64,000 nt of DNA from Octopus sinensis (GCF_006345805.1 NC_042997.1:197160001-197224000); one strand, 5' to 3'. Counted from the stretch's first letter, positions 41,561 through 54,914 are shown. Notes: a model not told the origin generated them from the letters alone. Numbers and translations are program-made.

Positions 41561-42929
41561 AGGTGTATATTTGTGTGTGGGTTTCGTCTTTAATCTTAAT
41601 GTGCTCTGTACTTCAGCCTTAGAAACCCTCCTTGTTACTGTCATTGTTATTCTTAGAACATTTTGCTTGTCTATACTACTAGTACTGTTACAAGTTCGAA
41701 TGTGCTTTCTCATATTATTCTTATTTTTATGATTATAGCAGCAGCACCAGCAGCAGCACCAGCAGCAGCACCAGCAGCAGTAATAGCAGGTAGTAGTAGT
41801 AGCAGTAGTAGTAGTAATGGAAGAGTTGGTTCTTTGCGTGTAGAAAAGAATTTATTGTGATTCTGAAAGCATTAAGTGGTTTCCGTTTCATCTCCCACAA
41901 AGCTTTGAAAAAAAAGAAGAAAAACAAGAATTTTTTTTTCCCCTTTTAAAATTGAAGTCGGCTGTTCTAGTTGTTGTATTGTTTTACGTATAACATATAG
42001 GAAGCTAGCTACTTATTTTTGTTTGTGATAATATTATCTTGTCTATTATTAACGTTACAGCTATTTCTGTCTCTCAAACTTAATTCTTTAATTGTAGATA
42101 ATCTAAAACCACCTCGCTTTCAACAACTGAATTGTATTCGGCAACTAAATTTACATAATTATTCTTATTTGGAGCGTATTTACGTATTTTGCCAACAGTT
42201 GCGATTTATAAAATAGCAAAACCACACAGTATTCAAGGATATTTGTGTTTAAAACAATGAAAATCGTCAACAATCTTCTATATAAGTGGAAGGCTATTAG
42301 GTAACGTCTCCTAATATAATAATCGCCGTTCTTAGTTGATGTTATTCTACTCTAAGGAGATACTGATGCGATATTGCATGATTAGAAAAAAATGGCCTCT
42401 TTTATGCTATTAAATAAATCGTTGTCTATATTATAAATAGATGTTTGTAGTATAATACCATACGATGTATAATTAACTATAGAAATAATTGAATTATGTA
42501 AGTGACATCCCTTTGCTGTTTACAGCAAACTGGCTGCGGATATTCAACTGTCCGATCGTAAGAAAGAAGCACAATGGCGACAGTTTGTGGACAGTAAATT
42601 AGAGAAATATTTTAACAACAAGCCGCTCCAGTACATATTCACTTATATAACATTGATAATTTTATTTGGCCTCGTGGTTAGGGTGTTGCACTCATGATCA
42701 CGAGATGCCGGTTTCTGTTTCTGCACCGGGTGGTTAGTTTGAGCATAATATTTTATCTTATGTTGCTCTTTGATCGCTTCGATATCTAACGGACGGTACA
42801 CCGTGTACTCAGCTGTCCGGGCAACGTCGATGTCATGGAGAGAGTGAGTTAATGTACAGCCCAATCAGTTGAAAATTATAAAGAAATTATCTATGCTGGT
42901 TGTTCGGCAAGAAGAAAATTAAATGATAA

Positions 42930-43340
42930 TCATTTCTAAATTTGGCAATTTTGTGCAGAGTAGGACGTCGATTAAACTAACCTGAGTTCTCAACGGGTAC
43001 TTATTTATTTATTTTATCAGCGCCTAAAAAAACCATAGCCAAAGTCAACATCTCGGGAATTTGAAATTATGATGTAGAGAGACGAAAGAAATATTGCTGC
43101 GCATATTTCCTGGTCCTCTAACGATTCTGCTAGTTCCAGACCGTAGAACAAATTACATAAGATACTTTCTAATTTAGACACGAGGCAGGCAACTTTAAGG
43201 ATTAAGTCGAGAATATCGACTCCAATGCTCAAGTGCTAGATATTTTATCGACCCAGAAAGGAGGGAAGCTGAAGCTGATCTCCACGGAATTTCACGTAAA
43301 GAGGCGGAAGAAATGCCGCTAAGCATTTTGTCTGACGTGG
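42930..43340 (-). mobile_element. Two diverged type B SINE copies
   Basis: Degenerate gtcgatt...ggtactt...gtcaacatctcgg...acgattctgc blocks. Confidence 0.7.
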
Positions 43341-43392
43341 TAACGATTCATCCAGCACCCAACACCGTTGAAGAATTTACAAATAGCAGGGG

Positions 43393-43618
43393 CAATGAAT
43401 TGGCAGAATCGTTAGTACGCCGGGCGAAAATAGCAGTATTTCGTCTGTTGTTACGTTCTGAGTTCAAATTCCGCCGAGGTCGACTTTACCTTTCATCCTT
43501 CAGGGGTCGATAAATTAAGTACCAGTTATGCACTGGGGTCGATATAATCGACTTAATCCATATGTCTGTCTTTGTTTGTCCCCTCTATTTAGCCTCTTGT
43601 GGGCAATAAAGAAATAAG
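43393..43618 (+). mobile_element. Type B SINE
   Basis: Full copy with tail 1. Confidence 0.9.
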
Positions 43619-43657
43619 AGTTTACAAAGACTTAATAGGTTTTTACACATAGGAGTG

Positions 43658-44070
43658 GCGTAGGAGTGGCTGTGTGGTAAGTAGCTTGCTTACCAACCAC
43701 ATGGTTCCGGGTTCAGTCCCACTGCGTGGCACCTTGGGCAAGTGTCTTCTACTATAGCCTCGGGCCGACCAAAGCCTTGTGAGTGGATTTGGTAGACGGA
43801 AACTGCAAGAAGCCTGTCGTATATATGTATATATATATATGTATGTGTGTGTGCGTGTATGTTTGTGTTTGTTCCCCTAACATCGCTTGACAACCGATGC
43901 TGGTGTGTTTACGTCCCCGTCACTTAGCGGTTCGGCACAAGAGACCGATAAAATAAGTACTGGGCTTACAAAGAATAAGTCCCGGGGTCGAGTTGCTCGA
44001 TTAAAGGTGGTGCTCCAGCATGGCCGCAGTCAGATGACTGAAACAAGTAAAAGAGTAAAGAGTAAGAGTA
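43658..44070 (+). mobile_element. Type A SINE
   Basis: Full copy. Confidence 0.92.
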
Positions 44071-44329
44071 TAGCGAGTTCTCCACGAAATGAAAAAAGTA
44101 GCTGATTCCACATTTGTTATATGTGTAATTCAATAATCAGCAAGCGGCAGCGTCGTTTAGAGAAAAAGCATTAGTCTTATTACATAACGGTTAATAGCAT
44201 AGAATAATTCAAAGCTGTATTTAAATTATTAATATTTGTTTACGCTGATCCTTAACTCTACAAATCAATTGAAATTGGTAACTGAAACAAAGATCCGAGT
44301 CAGTAGAAATCGACAGACATACGACACAC

Positions 44330-44790
44330 ATGTATGTATGTGCTGTACGTATGTATGTATGTATGTGTGTGTGTATGTATGTATATGTGTGTGCGTGTGT
44401 GTATGTATGAACGTACGTGTGTGTGTGTGTGTGTATGTATGTACGTACGTATGTGTGTGTATGTATGTATGTACGTACGTATGTATGTGTGTATGTACGT
44501 ACGTATGTGTGTGTGTATGTATGTACGTACGTATGTGTGTGTACGTATGTACGTATGTATAGGTGTGTGTATGTATGTATGTATGTATGTATGTATTTAC
44601 GTATGTATGGGTGTGTGTATGTATGTATGTACGTATGTATGGGTGTGTGTATGTATGTAAGTATGTATATGTGTGTATGTATGTATATATGTGTGTGTAT
44701 GTATGTATGTATGTATATGTCTGTGTATATGTATGTATGTATGTATGTATGTGTGTGTATATATATATATATATACACGTATATATGTAG
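44330..44790. repeat. (GTAT)n/(GT)n/(ACGT) compound microsatellite
   Basis: Direct reading. Confidence 0.95.
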
Positions 44791-45471
44791 CGAAAGAGAG
44801 AGAGAGACAGAGAAGAGACGTGAGCATACCATTGTAGATCTAATTGGTTAGCGATATACAAGTCATGGTATTTTCACCGTAAAATATTAAAGTGTGGTCA
44901 GCCATTGGTTGGAAAATGAGTCAATTGGCAAATGCAGAAGTAAATAATTAATGTAGAAAGAAAAGAGCCTCATATATATATTCATAATTATATATAAAAC
45001 GACGTCCATGTACGATGCATCTATCTATCTATATTATATGTGTGTGTGTGTGGTATATAGGAGCATTATACATGTAAAAATAATGGCTTGCATCCAGGAA
45101 TTAGCTGCCTCACACAGCTTCGACACCATTACAACTGAGCCTCCAAGCAACCGCATAATGTGGCCGTCAGGCAATTGTGGCCAATGCTGCTCCCTCCAAA
45201 GAGAGTTCCAAAGAGAGGTCAGCTGGATGCAGAGTCTCTCGGGGGAAAGGTATCGGCTATTGTTAAAGAAACATGTGTAAAATGCAGTCAACCAAATGGC
45301 GGTGCCCCAGCATGGCCACAGCTCATAAGCTGAAACTAGAATCAATCAATCAATCATATATATCAAAATTCTCCTCGTTTTCCGCTTGTACATTTATATA
45401 TATATGTGTGTTGTGTGTGTTTGTGTGAGTGAATGTGTGTGCTTATGTAAGCGTGTATGTATGTGTAATTG

Positions 45472-45529
<58 letters not shown>

Positions 45530-45535
<6 letters not shown>

Positions 45536-45740
45536 TACAATTCAAAATATATCCACATGTAAATCGTTGAGGATTTTTCTCCGTCTTCCATTTCTCTTGG
45601 ACTTCCCTCTGTCTCCTGTTTCTGAAGAAGCGCTTTGCTCGAAACGTAAAACCACTTTTGTTTCCTTCCCTGATCGTCTGCAAATACATTGCGTGTACCA
45701 CGTCTTCACGTTGTTGTTTTTTTCTTGTGTTTGTTATTCA
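45530..45740 (+). mobile_element. Penelope-like terminal fragment
   Basis: Homologous to the reverse complement of 41328-41560; contains ctgaagaagcgctttgctcgaaacgt. Confidence 0.55.
45618..45652 (+). ncRNA. Minimal type I hammerhead-ribozyme-like motif
   Basis: GTTT-CTGAAGA-A-GCGC-TTT-GCTC-GAAA-CGT-A-AAAC: stem I GUUU/AAAC, stem II with one mismatch, palindromic ACGU stem III. Confidence 0.5.
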
Positions 45741-46102
45741 TTTAAAAAAAAATTGATATACATATATATATATATATATCTCAAAATAAGCATTAAGGCT
45801 ATCCAGAGGTAATGCAGTACAATCGTTTCATGCAACTCCATTTAACTGAACAATGCAATCATTACATCAATTTAAAATGCAGATCAATCCTCAGCTGCAC
45901 AAAGCCATAGAATTTAATTAAATTAGAACAGATGGACACATTAGTATAATTATATATACATATATATATCTGCTATTTTCAGCATGGTGGTATCTCGTAG
46001 ATACCCTAATTTATTATTTTATAATTATTACCTTTGAAGGTTACTTTTGCCATGCTGACCACTTGATGAAATCGCTGTTTTATTTTAAATTAACGATCTT
46101 AT

Positions 46103-46140
<38 letters not shown>

Positions 46141-46689
46141 AGAACCAAGTACTTTTAAATTAAAGTCTGAAATTTGAATCTATATACACAACCATTTTTA
46201 TTATCACGTTTAATTCACCGCTTAATAATTCCCTCCTCGCTCTCATAATCACAATTACTGCCTCCACCACCACCCATCCACCTAATACCTCAAAATATCT
46301 TACAAGAACATTTCGTAATCATTCAAAGAATCTCAACCATCTTCTTTTCTTTTCTTTATTTTTCTTTTTGGTGATTTTGTTCATTTTTCTTTGCATTTTT
46401 CAACATGTATTTCGTCTCGACATCGTTTGTATCTTTGCCAATCTAGAAAAATCGATAATCACTTGCTAAGTTTCCATTTTCCTTCTTCTTTCACCTAACC
46501 GTATCATTTGTAAGTTTATCATCTATTTTCAGGACGAAAATTTCTCAAATAAACCTTCGGGCAGTTTTACAAATATTCCTTCATCCACTTCTATGAAAAT
46601 TGCCTTTCTACTTTTACTTTCGTTTTCCTCTCATTTTCTATCTTTTACTTATTTGTTTTCCTTGACGCCCTCTTCAGCTTGTACTCCTT

Positions 46690-48010
46690 GGTCCTCCTCC
46701 TTTTCTTCTTCTTCTTCTCTATCATCTTCTCCATTTTCTTCTTTCCTATCATCATCATTTTCTCCATCATTATCATCATCATATCCATCTTCATTATCAT
46801 CATCTTTAACATCATTATCATCATCATCATCACCATCTATTTCTTCATCATCATATTTTTTCTTCTTCATCATCAATTTTTTTCTTCTTCATTATCAGCT
46901 ACTACTACACTTCCTCAACTTCCTCCTTTTTCTTGTTTTTTTCTTCTCTTATTATTATTATTATTATTATTGTTGTTGTTGTTAACATTGTTATTCTTCT
47001 TCTTATTATTATTATAAAGGTTGCGAGCTGGTAGAATCGTTAGCCCACCGGGCGAAATGCTTAGTGGTATTTCGTCCGTCCCTACGTTCTGAGCTCAAAT
47101 TCTGCTGAAGTCGACTTTGCATTTCATCTTTCCGGGGACGATAAATTAAGTACCAGTAAAACACTGAGGTCGATGTAAACGACAAAATTCCAGGACTTGT
47201 GCCTGTAGTAGAAAGGATTCTCATTATCATTATTATTATCACTGACATGGAAGCATCGTTAACACGTCTGGCTCTTGACGTTCTAAGTTCAAATTCTGCC
47301 AAGGTCAATTTTGGCTTTTATCCTTCCATGGTCAATAAAATAAGTAAAAATTAATCGAATTGTCCCTCCCCTAAAACTACTGGTCTTGGGCCAAAATTTG
47401 TAACCATTATTAGTAGTAATAGCAGCAGCAATAGTGGATTTTGTAGCAAAAGAAAGAGCAGCAGCAGCAGCAACAGAGTCAGCAGTATTGTTAGTGATAG
47501 TAGTAGTAGTGGCAGTAGTGTTGGTGTAGTAGTAGTAGTAGTAACATCGCTATCGTCATCGCCGACATTACTCTTCCCGCCATCCTCATCATCATCATCA
47601 CCACTGCGCCGCCGCCATCAAAACCACCACCACCACCACCACCAAAAACAACAAGACCATCATCATCGCCATCATCAACACCATCATTATCCTCACCGTA
47701 ATCATCTTCAACGTCAACAACACCACCATCATCATCCTCCACATCATCTTCATTACCAGCACGCCGACGCCGCTACCACCACCACCACCACCACCAACAA
47801 CAACAACATCATCATCAACGCCATTATCACCATAATCATCATCATCCTCAACACCACAGCCATCATCATCACCACCACCACCACCACGCGTTTAATTCCC
47901 CATAATCATCATCATTGTCAACAACACCACCACCACCAATATCTTCACCATAATCATCATCATCCTCAACAACATCATCATTACCATCATCATCATCATG
48001 ATCAGTATAA
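46690..48010. repeat. Low-complexity triplet runs (TCT/TCA/ATT, AGC/AGT, CAT/CAC) interrupted by type B SINEs at 47016-47222 and ~47260-47400
   Basis: Direct reading; aaaggttgcgagctggtagaatcg head at 47016. Confidence 0.9.
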
Positions 48011-48504
48011 TATTTTTTTTTTAAAGGAAGGTACTTTCAAGTTCATTATGAGTACATAACATTTATTGCTTCGTTCTTTTCGAAATATTCCTGAGGAAAC
48101 GCAAGCCGAAGCCTCATAGCTGGAGGCCGAGTAGTCTATTAATACTACAGAGTGAGTAATCTTCTATAGACATTTTGAAGTTTTTCTTTTATTGTATCGT
48201 TTATACGCAAAGAAATGTAAAACAAATAACAGAGCCAAGACAGAAATTCCAAATGGAAATGGAAAAAAGTTAGTAAAAAAATTTTAAATTATTTAAATCG
48301 TTTCGCATTGGGTAGATATGTTTAAAACAGCAATTCTTATTCTATATGTATGTATGCATGTATGTATGAATGTATATAGGCATGTAGGTGTGCTTATGTA
48401 TGTATGTATCGGCAGATAGATTAATAGATACAAACTACTACACAAATAGATATATAGATATATGCGTACACACACACATGTCTATACACACACGCACACA
48501 CATA

Positions 48505-48555
<51 letters not shown>

Positions 48556-49067
48556 TATATAATATATATATATATATAGTTATACATATATTTATATATA
48601 CACACATATATACTTATATACACAATTATAATATATATCTCGATCTATATATATATATATGTATCTATCTATCTATCTATACATACATACGCACGCACGC
48701 ACACACATATATGTAAATACATATATATTTATATATATGTACTTGCAGCCACGCTTACAAACAATCACATACTATTCCAAGCTTTCATTATTTATCCTGG
48801 AATCCTCGAAGGAGTCAGTGGACTCGATTCTAAATTTCTGTTCAACAATTTAGGAGACATTTTATCTTTACGCCATCTAAATTACCATGCTGTATCAATA
48901 TCAATGTTATTTAATTCGCAGATACACAAACATTATTACGTTACATTTCAACTCTATTGCATAATTCAACCATTTAAGATTAAGGAAAAAAGTAATCGTT
49001 TCTTTGAGGAAGAACGATAAAAGGAAAGCACATAGTGTATTGAAATGTGAATATTCCTCACACACAA

Positions 49068-49097
<30 letters not shown>

Positions 49098-49099
<2 letters not shown>

Positions 49100-49388
49100 G
49101 GCTCAGTGGTTAATGCGTCGTGAGGTTGTGAGCTCGAATCCCGGACGGGGCTGCGTGTTGTGTTCTTGAGCAAGACACTTGATTTCACGTTGCTCCTGTC
49201 ATAGGTGCTAAGCTGTATCGGCCCCTTTTCCTTCTCCTTGGATAACATCGGTGGCGTGGAGAGAGGAGGCCGGTATGCATGGGCGACTGCTAGTCTTCCA
49301 TAAAACAACCTTGCCCGGACTTGTGCCTGGGAGGGTAACTTTCTAGGTGCAATCCAATGGTCTGTTTCGCGAACGAAAGGGGTCTCAG
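49098..49388 (+). mobile_element. Type D SINE with deletions
   Basis: tggctcagtggtt A box, gctcgaatccc B box, colinear with 27925-28237. Confidence 0.85.
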
Positions 49389-49863
49389 AATCATTATCAA
49401 CAACATATACTGAAAGTACAACAGATGTGTAATTGCTGGTGGGCTGCGATTTGGCATGATGAGGAATGCCCACATCAAAGCGCCGGATGTTAAAACACTT
49501 GAAATTCATGGACAGGTGTGATAACTCATCTCTAATCCCGTCTAGGAATACATAGGCATCGATGTTTCGCAACTTTTGCGGCATATCAATATCATATCCC
49601 CGAGCAGGATCGGAAATGAATAATATCGCCAGTCCACGACATGGACAGTGCATACGTCAAAAATAAACAGCTTTAGTGCAACAACGTTATCGATCAGATA
49701 TTCTTAATGCCAAATCGTAGCCGACCCCCAAATACACCGGACGCGTGCACATTAAGTGAATATAGCTAATAATTTTATTCCAACTAGTGCTGCTACACTA
49801 GAAAAAGAAAATCGCCTCCTGGAATTCTTATACCTACGGATTACTGTTCTTATATATCACACC

Positions 49864-49954
49864 TTCAAAAACTACCAAAATCTCTAGCTAAAATATACAC
49901 TAGCCTGCTTTCAGCCACGTAATATTTTAGCTGGAGTTTTTGGTAGTTTTTGAA
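49864..49954. repeat. Inverted repeat with 33-bp arms and a 25-nt loop
   Basis: ttcaaaaactaccaaaatctctagctaaaatat / atattttagctggagtttttggtagtttttgaa. Confidence 0.9.
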
Positions 49955-50229
49955 AGTATCGGCACTTCAAGCATGCTGGAGAAAAGTCGTTTTCGCCCGA
50001 TCTCCCTTGATATAATTATATACGTATGTAAATTCGTATTAATTTAATGTATTAATCGCCTATAAATTTTTATAGCATGCTGACAACTTGATAAAAAATC
50101 ATTAACTTGATATTTATCCTTATATATATATACACATACATGGAATATACTCACGGTTTACATTTGTGAAAATCAAAGTGCAAAAGAGGACTTTATATAT
50201 AAAGCCTCTCAGTATCTCTTACGCTGTTA

Positions 50230-51470
50230 TTTCTTGCATAGGTACCTTGTCTAATACACAGACACACTAACTTTTGCCATTATGAATCGTGTCGAACTGC
50301 TTATTCTACAATCTTCCCAATGATTCTCAGAAAACAAATTCTTATATAGCCACAATGGTTTCTTACAGAAAAATGATGGCTTCTATCAAACAATATCTTT
50401 CGTATTATTGATTACTCTTATTCTTTACATAAAACACAGTGACTCTTAATATTCATTATATAAACTCTCTGATTCTTACGTAATCTTACATATACACACA
50501 GTAAACACACTTCCATATCCATCATCTCGAAACAATGACGGTTACATAGTATGTAAGTGTCGACGAGTATATATAAGCACATAGTATGTAAGAGCTTACG
50601 TGTACATATAAGTGTTGACGCGTACATCGTAAGTGATGATGCGTATATGGTGGACTTATATAATTAAATCAGTGAGCACAATAGCGCAATGACTAACATA
50701 GATACTCTGACTTACAAAGAAGCATTGACTCCCTGTTAGACATAATAACTTTCTCATATATATTTCTTATAAAAACACAATGACTTTTAACAGAGACAAT
50801 AAACCTCACGGAATAGAACTTTTTACATAGAATGAATACTTGGAAAGCTCTGATGATTCTAATAAAATACGATTACTCCGGCATAATTTTTTCGTATAGA
50901 GATACACAACCTCGTATATATTATATTTTACAGATTCCAATAGCCCTTAGTCAAAAATGTCTCTTATACAGCTCTTACATAGACAAAATGCATACACGCG
51001 ATACAATCTATATGATAATTTCTTATATAATCCCAAAGGCTCCTCCTCTACAGACACAGTTCCTCATAGAAGCTATTTCTTACATAGGCATATTGTCTTA
51101 TAAATCTCTTAAATATACTGAATGCTTCATGGATATTCCTTACATCGATTCAATGACATGTTATTTAGGCAGTGACTCTTCTATATTCTTCCCACAGAAA
51201 CAAAATGAACGTAACGTAGCTATTCTTAGCTGCAATGATCTATAGGCATCTATTCTTAGATGTGAAGATCCATCCTTGAAAAAGCTTTACACACGTACAA
51301 TTACTTTTACACGGATATTCATAGACGTAACAACTTTTATATATCTCCTGCCTTCATGCAATTACTCTTAAACATTCTATTTCTGACATAGACACAACAG
51401 GTCTTACATAACAATTTCCGACATTTCTAGCATAGACTCAATGATTTTATTGAGCTAATTTTCCCAGTTT
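50230..51470 (+). repeat. Highly degenerate minisatellite, approximate unit TCTTACATAGACACAATGAC
   Basis: Recurrent tcttac/tcttat + ata + gacac/aacac + aatgac fragments; short inverted block (tatgtaag) at 50545-50630. Confidence 0.55.
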
Positions 51471-52039
51471 ACATCGAATAAAATCCTCAATATATTCATG
51501 GTTAGTGAAACGTCCTAATAAATCTTCCAAACTACCAAATATTTCGGTTTGAACAATTTACAGGAATGATATTATTTTCTTGGCTTTATGCAAGGGAATG
51601 AACGTTAATAATATTGCTCTCCTCCACCCTCTCTCTCTCTCTCTCACTCTCAAGGCAACTTTCTGCTTTCACTCCCTTTCTAATTCTCTGATACGATCTT
51701 CTCTTAGCATACCAAGCCTATCAAAATATTCCCATCTGATATAAGATTTTTCTTTCGTATGTTGTTCTTTCTTCCTTTTTCTGCCTCACTCTGACTTGAC
51801 CTCCCTGTTTCTCTATCTTTTTCACACACACATACATGTATTTATGTATGTATTCGACGCTATCTATCCATTCATCTATCTATCTGTCTATGTAATATAT
51901 ATATATATATATATATAAGGATAATAACGTTATTTAAGTACCGATCTTATCAGGTGGCCAGCATGGGAATAAAAACCTTCAAAGGTAATAATTATTACTA
52001 AAATTATAATTTAGGGTATCTAAGAGATACCACCATAAT

Positions 52040-52082
<43 letters not shown>

Positions 52083-52205
52083 AGTAATATATAGCAAATG
52101 AAAGATGGAATTTATTATTTGCTGTATACCTAACAATCACGGTGAAAGTGTCTGTGCTTTACCAGTAAGCTACCAGGTGTAAAACCACTTGTTTTATTAT
52201 CCATG

Positions 52206-52246
<41 letters not shown>

Positions 52247-53034
52247 AAAATATATACAAGCAACATGTAGAGGTTAAATGCATGCATATATCATATATGT
52301 ATATTAAATGCGTGAATGATTTTTTTCTCTTTGTGTTTGTGTATGTGTTTTATTATGTCTGTGTAAGTAATTTCGATACAACATATTAAAAATATCAGCT
52401 ACACTATGTTTATGAGATACAACTGATCTGGAAACGAGCAGAATTATTTGGTTAGTGGCCACGCCTCTCTCTAATGATTTAAAGATACATTTCAATTCCA
52501 GTTGTGTAATTCTTTATGTAGCAGATATGATTGTTATTATGTCTGCAACTTTGCTGTTATATTCGCAGCCACAAAACTTTAGCGAAATATTATTGGATTG
52601 GTATTGCTGCAGTCTATGTATGTATGTATATGTGTGCGTATTATTGCACTGAAGTAATTAGCCTGTAAATTTTGCCGCCGGAAGCTCATATAGATTCTGA
52701 AGACTGGTACAATACACGATAGAAAGAAACTGGAGTCTAGTCCAGACTACATCGACGTAGTTTTATGAATTCGTGTACAATACTAATAAAATGAATTCTT
52801 TCTCATCTTGGATGAAGGCCAGCTATTTTTGAGGGAGGGGAGGTCGATTACATCAACCCCTGTGTTCAACTGGTACTTGTTTTATCGATTCCGATGTCGG
52901 TGGTATTTGAGCTCAGAAAGTATCGACGCGGATGAAATATCGTTATACATTTCCCCACAAAGACTGACCATCTACAATTAAAGAGAACAAAAGAAATAAA
53001 CAATGTAAGGCCATGCGATTTTCAATTATATATA

Positions 53035-53510
53035 CAGAGTGGCCACAAGGTCACGCATTATGAGAGGTATCAAGTATGCTTTATTAGCAATGAAATAGGT
53101 AATCCTTTACAAAGGCTCAAAGTGTTGGCCATGTAGCTCTACACAAGTGTTCATACGGAATTTAAAATTGCGATGAACCCTCTCAAATAGCTCTTCATTG
53201 ACTTGTTCAAACGCTTCAACAATTCTTTGAAGTTGTCCTTAGTCACAAAAAGGGATTTAATGTAGCCCCAGAAGAAAAAGTCCATAGGAGTTAAATCTGG
53301 TGATTGAGGTGCCCATTCAATTGGCCCGCGACTCCCGAGCCATCTCCTAGGAAAAAGTTAATTCAGAAAATTACGAACCCTGAAATGTATAATGGGGTGG
53401 AGTCCCATCCTGCAGAAACCAGACTTGATTTTCCTTCCCAAGTGAATGCACGTGAGGCATCATCATGTTGCCAAGCATGTCGAGATGCGAATAACCTGTT
53501 ACAGGGCCCT
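53035..53510 (-). mobile_element. Tc1/mariner DD41D (rosa-like) transposase 3' relic with one TIR
   Basis: WFLQDGTPPHY..VRNFLN*LFPRRWLGSRGPIEWAPQSPDLTPMDFFFWGYIK; 41 residues between D2 and D3 (across one frameshift); TA|CAGAGTGGCCAC end. Confidence 0.88.
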
Positions 53511-53564
53511 CAAAATAAAATGGTCAAATTACATGATTGTGCCAAATCCCCCACCCTAAAAAGA

Positions 53565-53737
53565 TGAAATTCAAAGTCGACCTCGGCGGAATTTGAATTC
53601 AGAACGTAAAGACAGACGAAATACCTATTTCTTTACTACCCACAAGAGGCTAAACACAGAGAGGACAAACAAGGACAGACAAACGAATGAAGTCGATTAT
53701 ATCGACTCCAGTGCGTAATTGGTACTTATTTAATCGT
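53565..53737 (-). mobile_element. Dimeric type B SINE, partial
   Basis: Same junction gacgaaatac|ctatttctttactaccc as at 37470 and 57773. Confidence 0.85.
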
Positions 53738-53879
53738 CCCTTGATTAACTTATCCCTTGATTATCTGCCTCCATTCAGTGAGGGTTGTTGGTTTTTGAGT
53801 AATATAGCCAGTTGTGAAAAGAGATTAAAAAAGGAGTACGTTAGCAATTTCACGTATTGCAGGATGGTGCATGACTTTA

Positions 53880-54300
53880 TGATGACCCGGTATAATAATA
53901 GGGAGGATACCAAAGAAATTCAGAAATTGAGGGATATCAGGAGGTACCCAGAGAAATGGACGGATTTCAGAAGACTATGACAATTATCCTTGTCGTAACT
54001 GATGCAGTTAGCACAACATTCAAACTGCTACCTAAGAGGATGAAGGATATTGGAATTATGTCTCGGATGATTGACCTCCAGAGAAGTGTAATCCTTTAAC
54101 CTCATAGAAAGCTAAGATCCTTGTGGTTTGAGAAGACTTGTCAGCAAACACCAAGAAAACCTCCCTGCTAACTAACACAGCCTGTAATACTACTACTAAT
54201 AATGATGATGAAAATAATAATAATAATAATAATAATAACAACAGTAGTAAAAATATTAATAGTAATAACAGTAATAATAACAGTAGTAAAAATAGTAGTA

Positions 54301-54350
<50 letters not shown>
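53880..54350 (+). mobile_element. R4/Dong-like 3' end with (AAT)n tail
   Basis: EDTKEIQKLRD...MTIILVVTDAVST...GIMSRMIDLQRSVIL resembles the post-REL C-terminus; tail 54185-54350. Confidence 0.65.
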
Positions 54351-54356
<6 letters not shown>

Positions 54357-54914
54357 AAGCTGCAGATTTGTTTAAGAGAAACAACAGTGATTAAAGCTCT
54401 GTCCTATTACATGTTTAGAAGTTGTCGTCGTGTAAGCTGAAGCACGAAAGAATTCGTTTTCAAATTATAACTGTGAGAAAATATCAATGATAACGTGTTG
54501 CCAGTCACTTATATGTCTACAACACAATCGTTGATTCCTAGGTGATGGTGACGTTCAGAAAACATTTGGCTTTCCTATATTTTCTTTTCTACGTCAGCTC
54601 ATTCTCACCGGTCATTGCACATACACCAGAAATATTAGACGGCTCTAACACGTTCTGCTTTCATATTGAACTAGTCACCGTTTTGTATGTATTCGCTAAA
54701 TGCTGCAAATAAACATAATTATAAGAAATCAATATTGGAGTAGAATACTTCCACCAAAGTAAACTACATAATAATCGACCGGCGTATGGTACTTGATGCA
54801 TTTAAGAGTACCATTACAAATTGTAAACGGTAGATTTTCAATTTCGCTCAACAGAGAAGAATAATTCGTTTTTGAATTCGAAGTGGATAAAGCTATATAT
54901 GATAATGTATAAAT

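Noticed and set aside
48907-49653. 248-aa minus-strand ORF
   Set aside because: Crosses the antisense strand of a type D SINE and a (TG)n run; not a coherent gene
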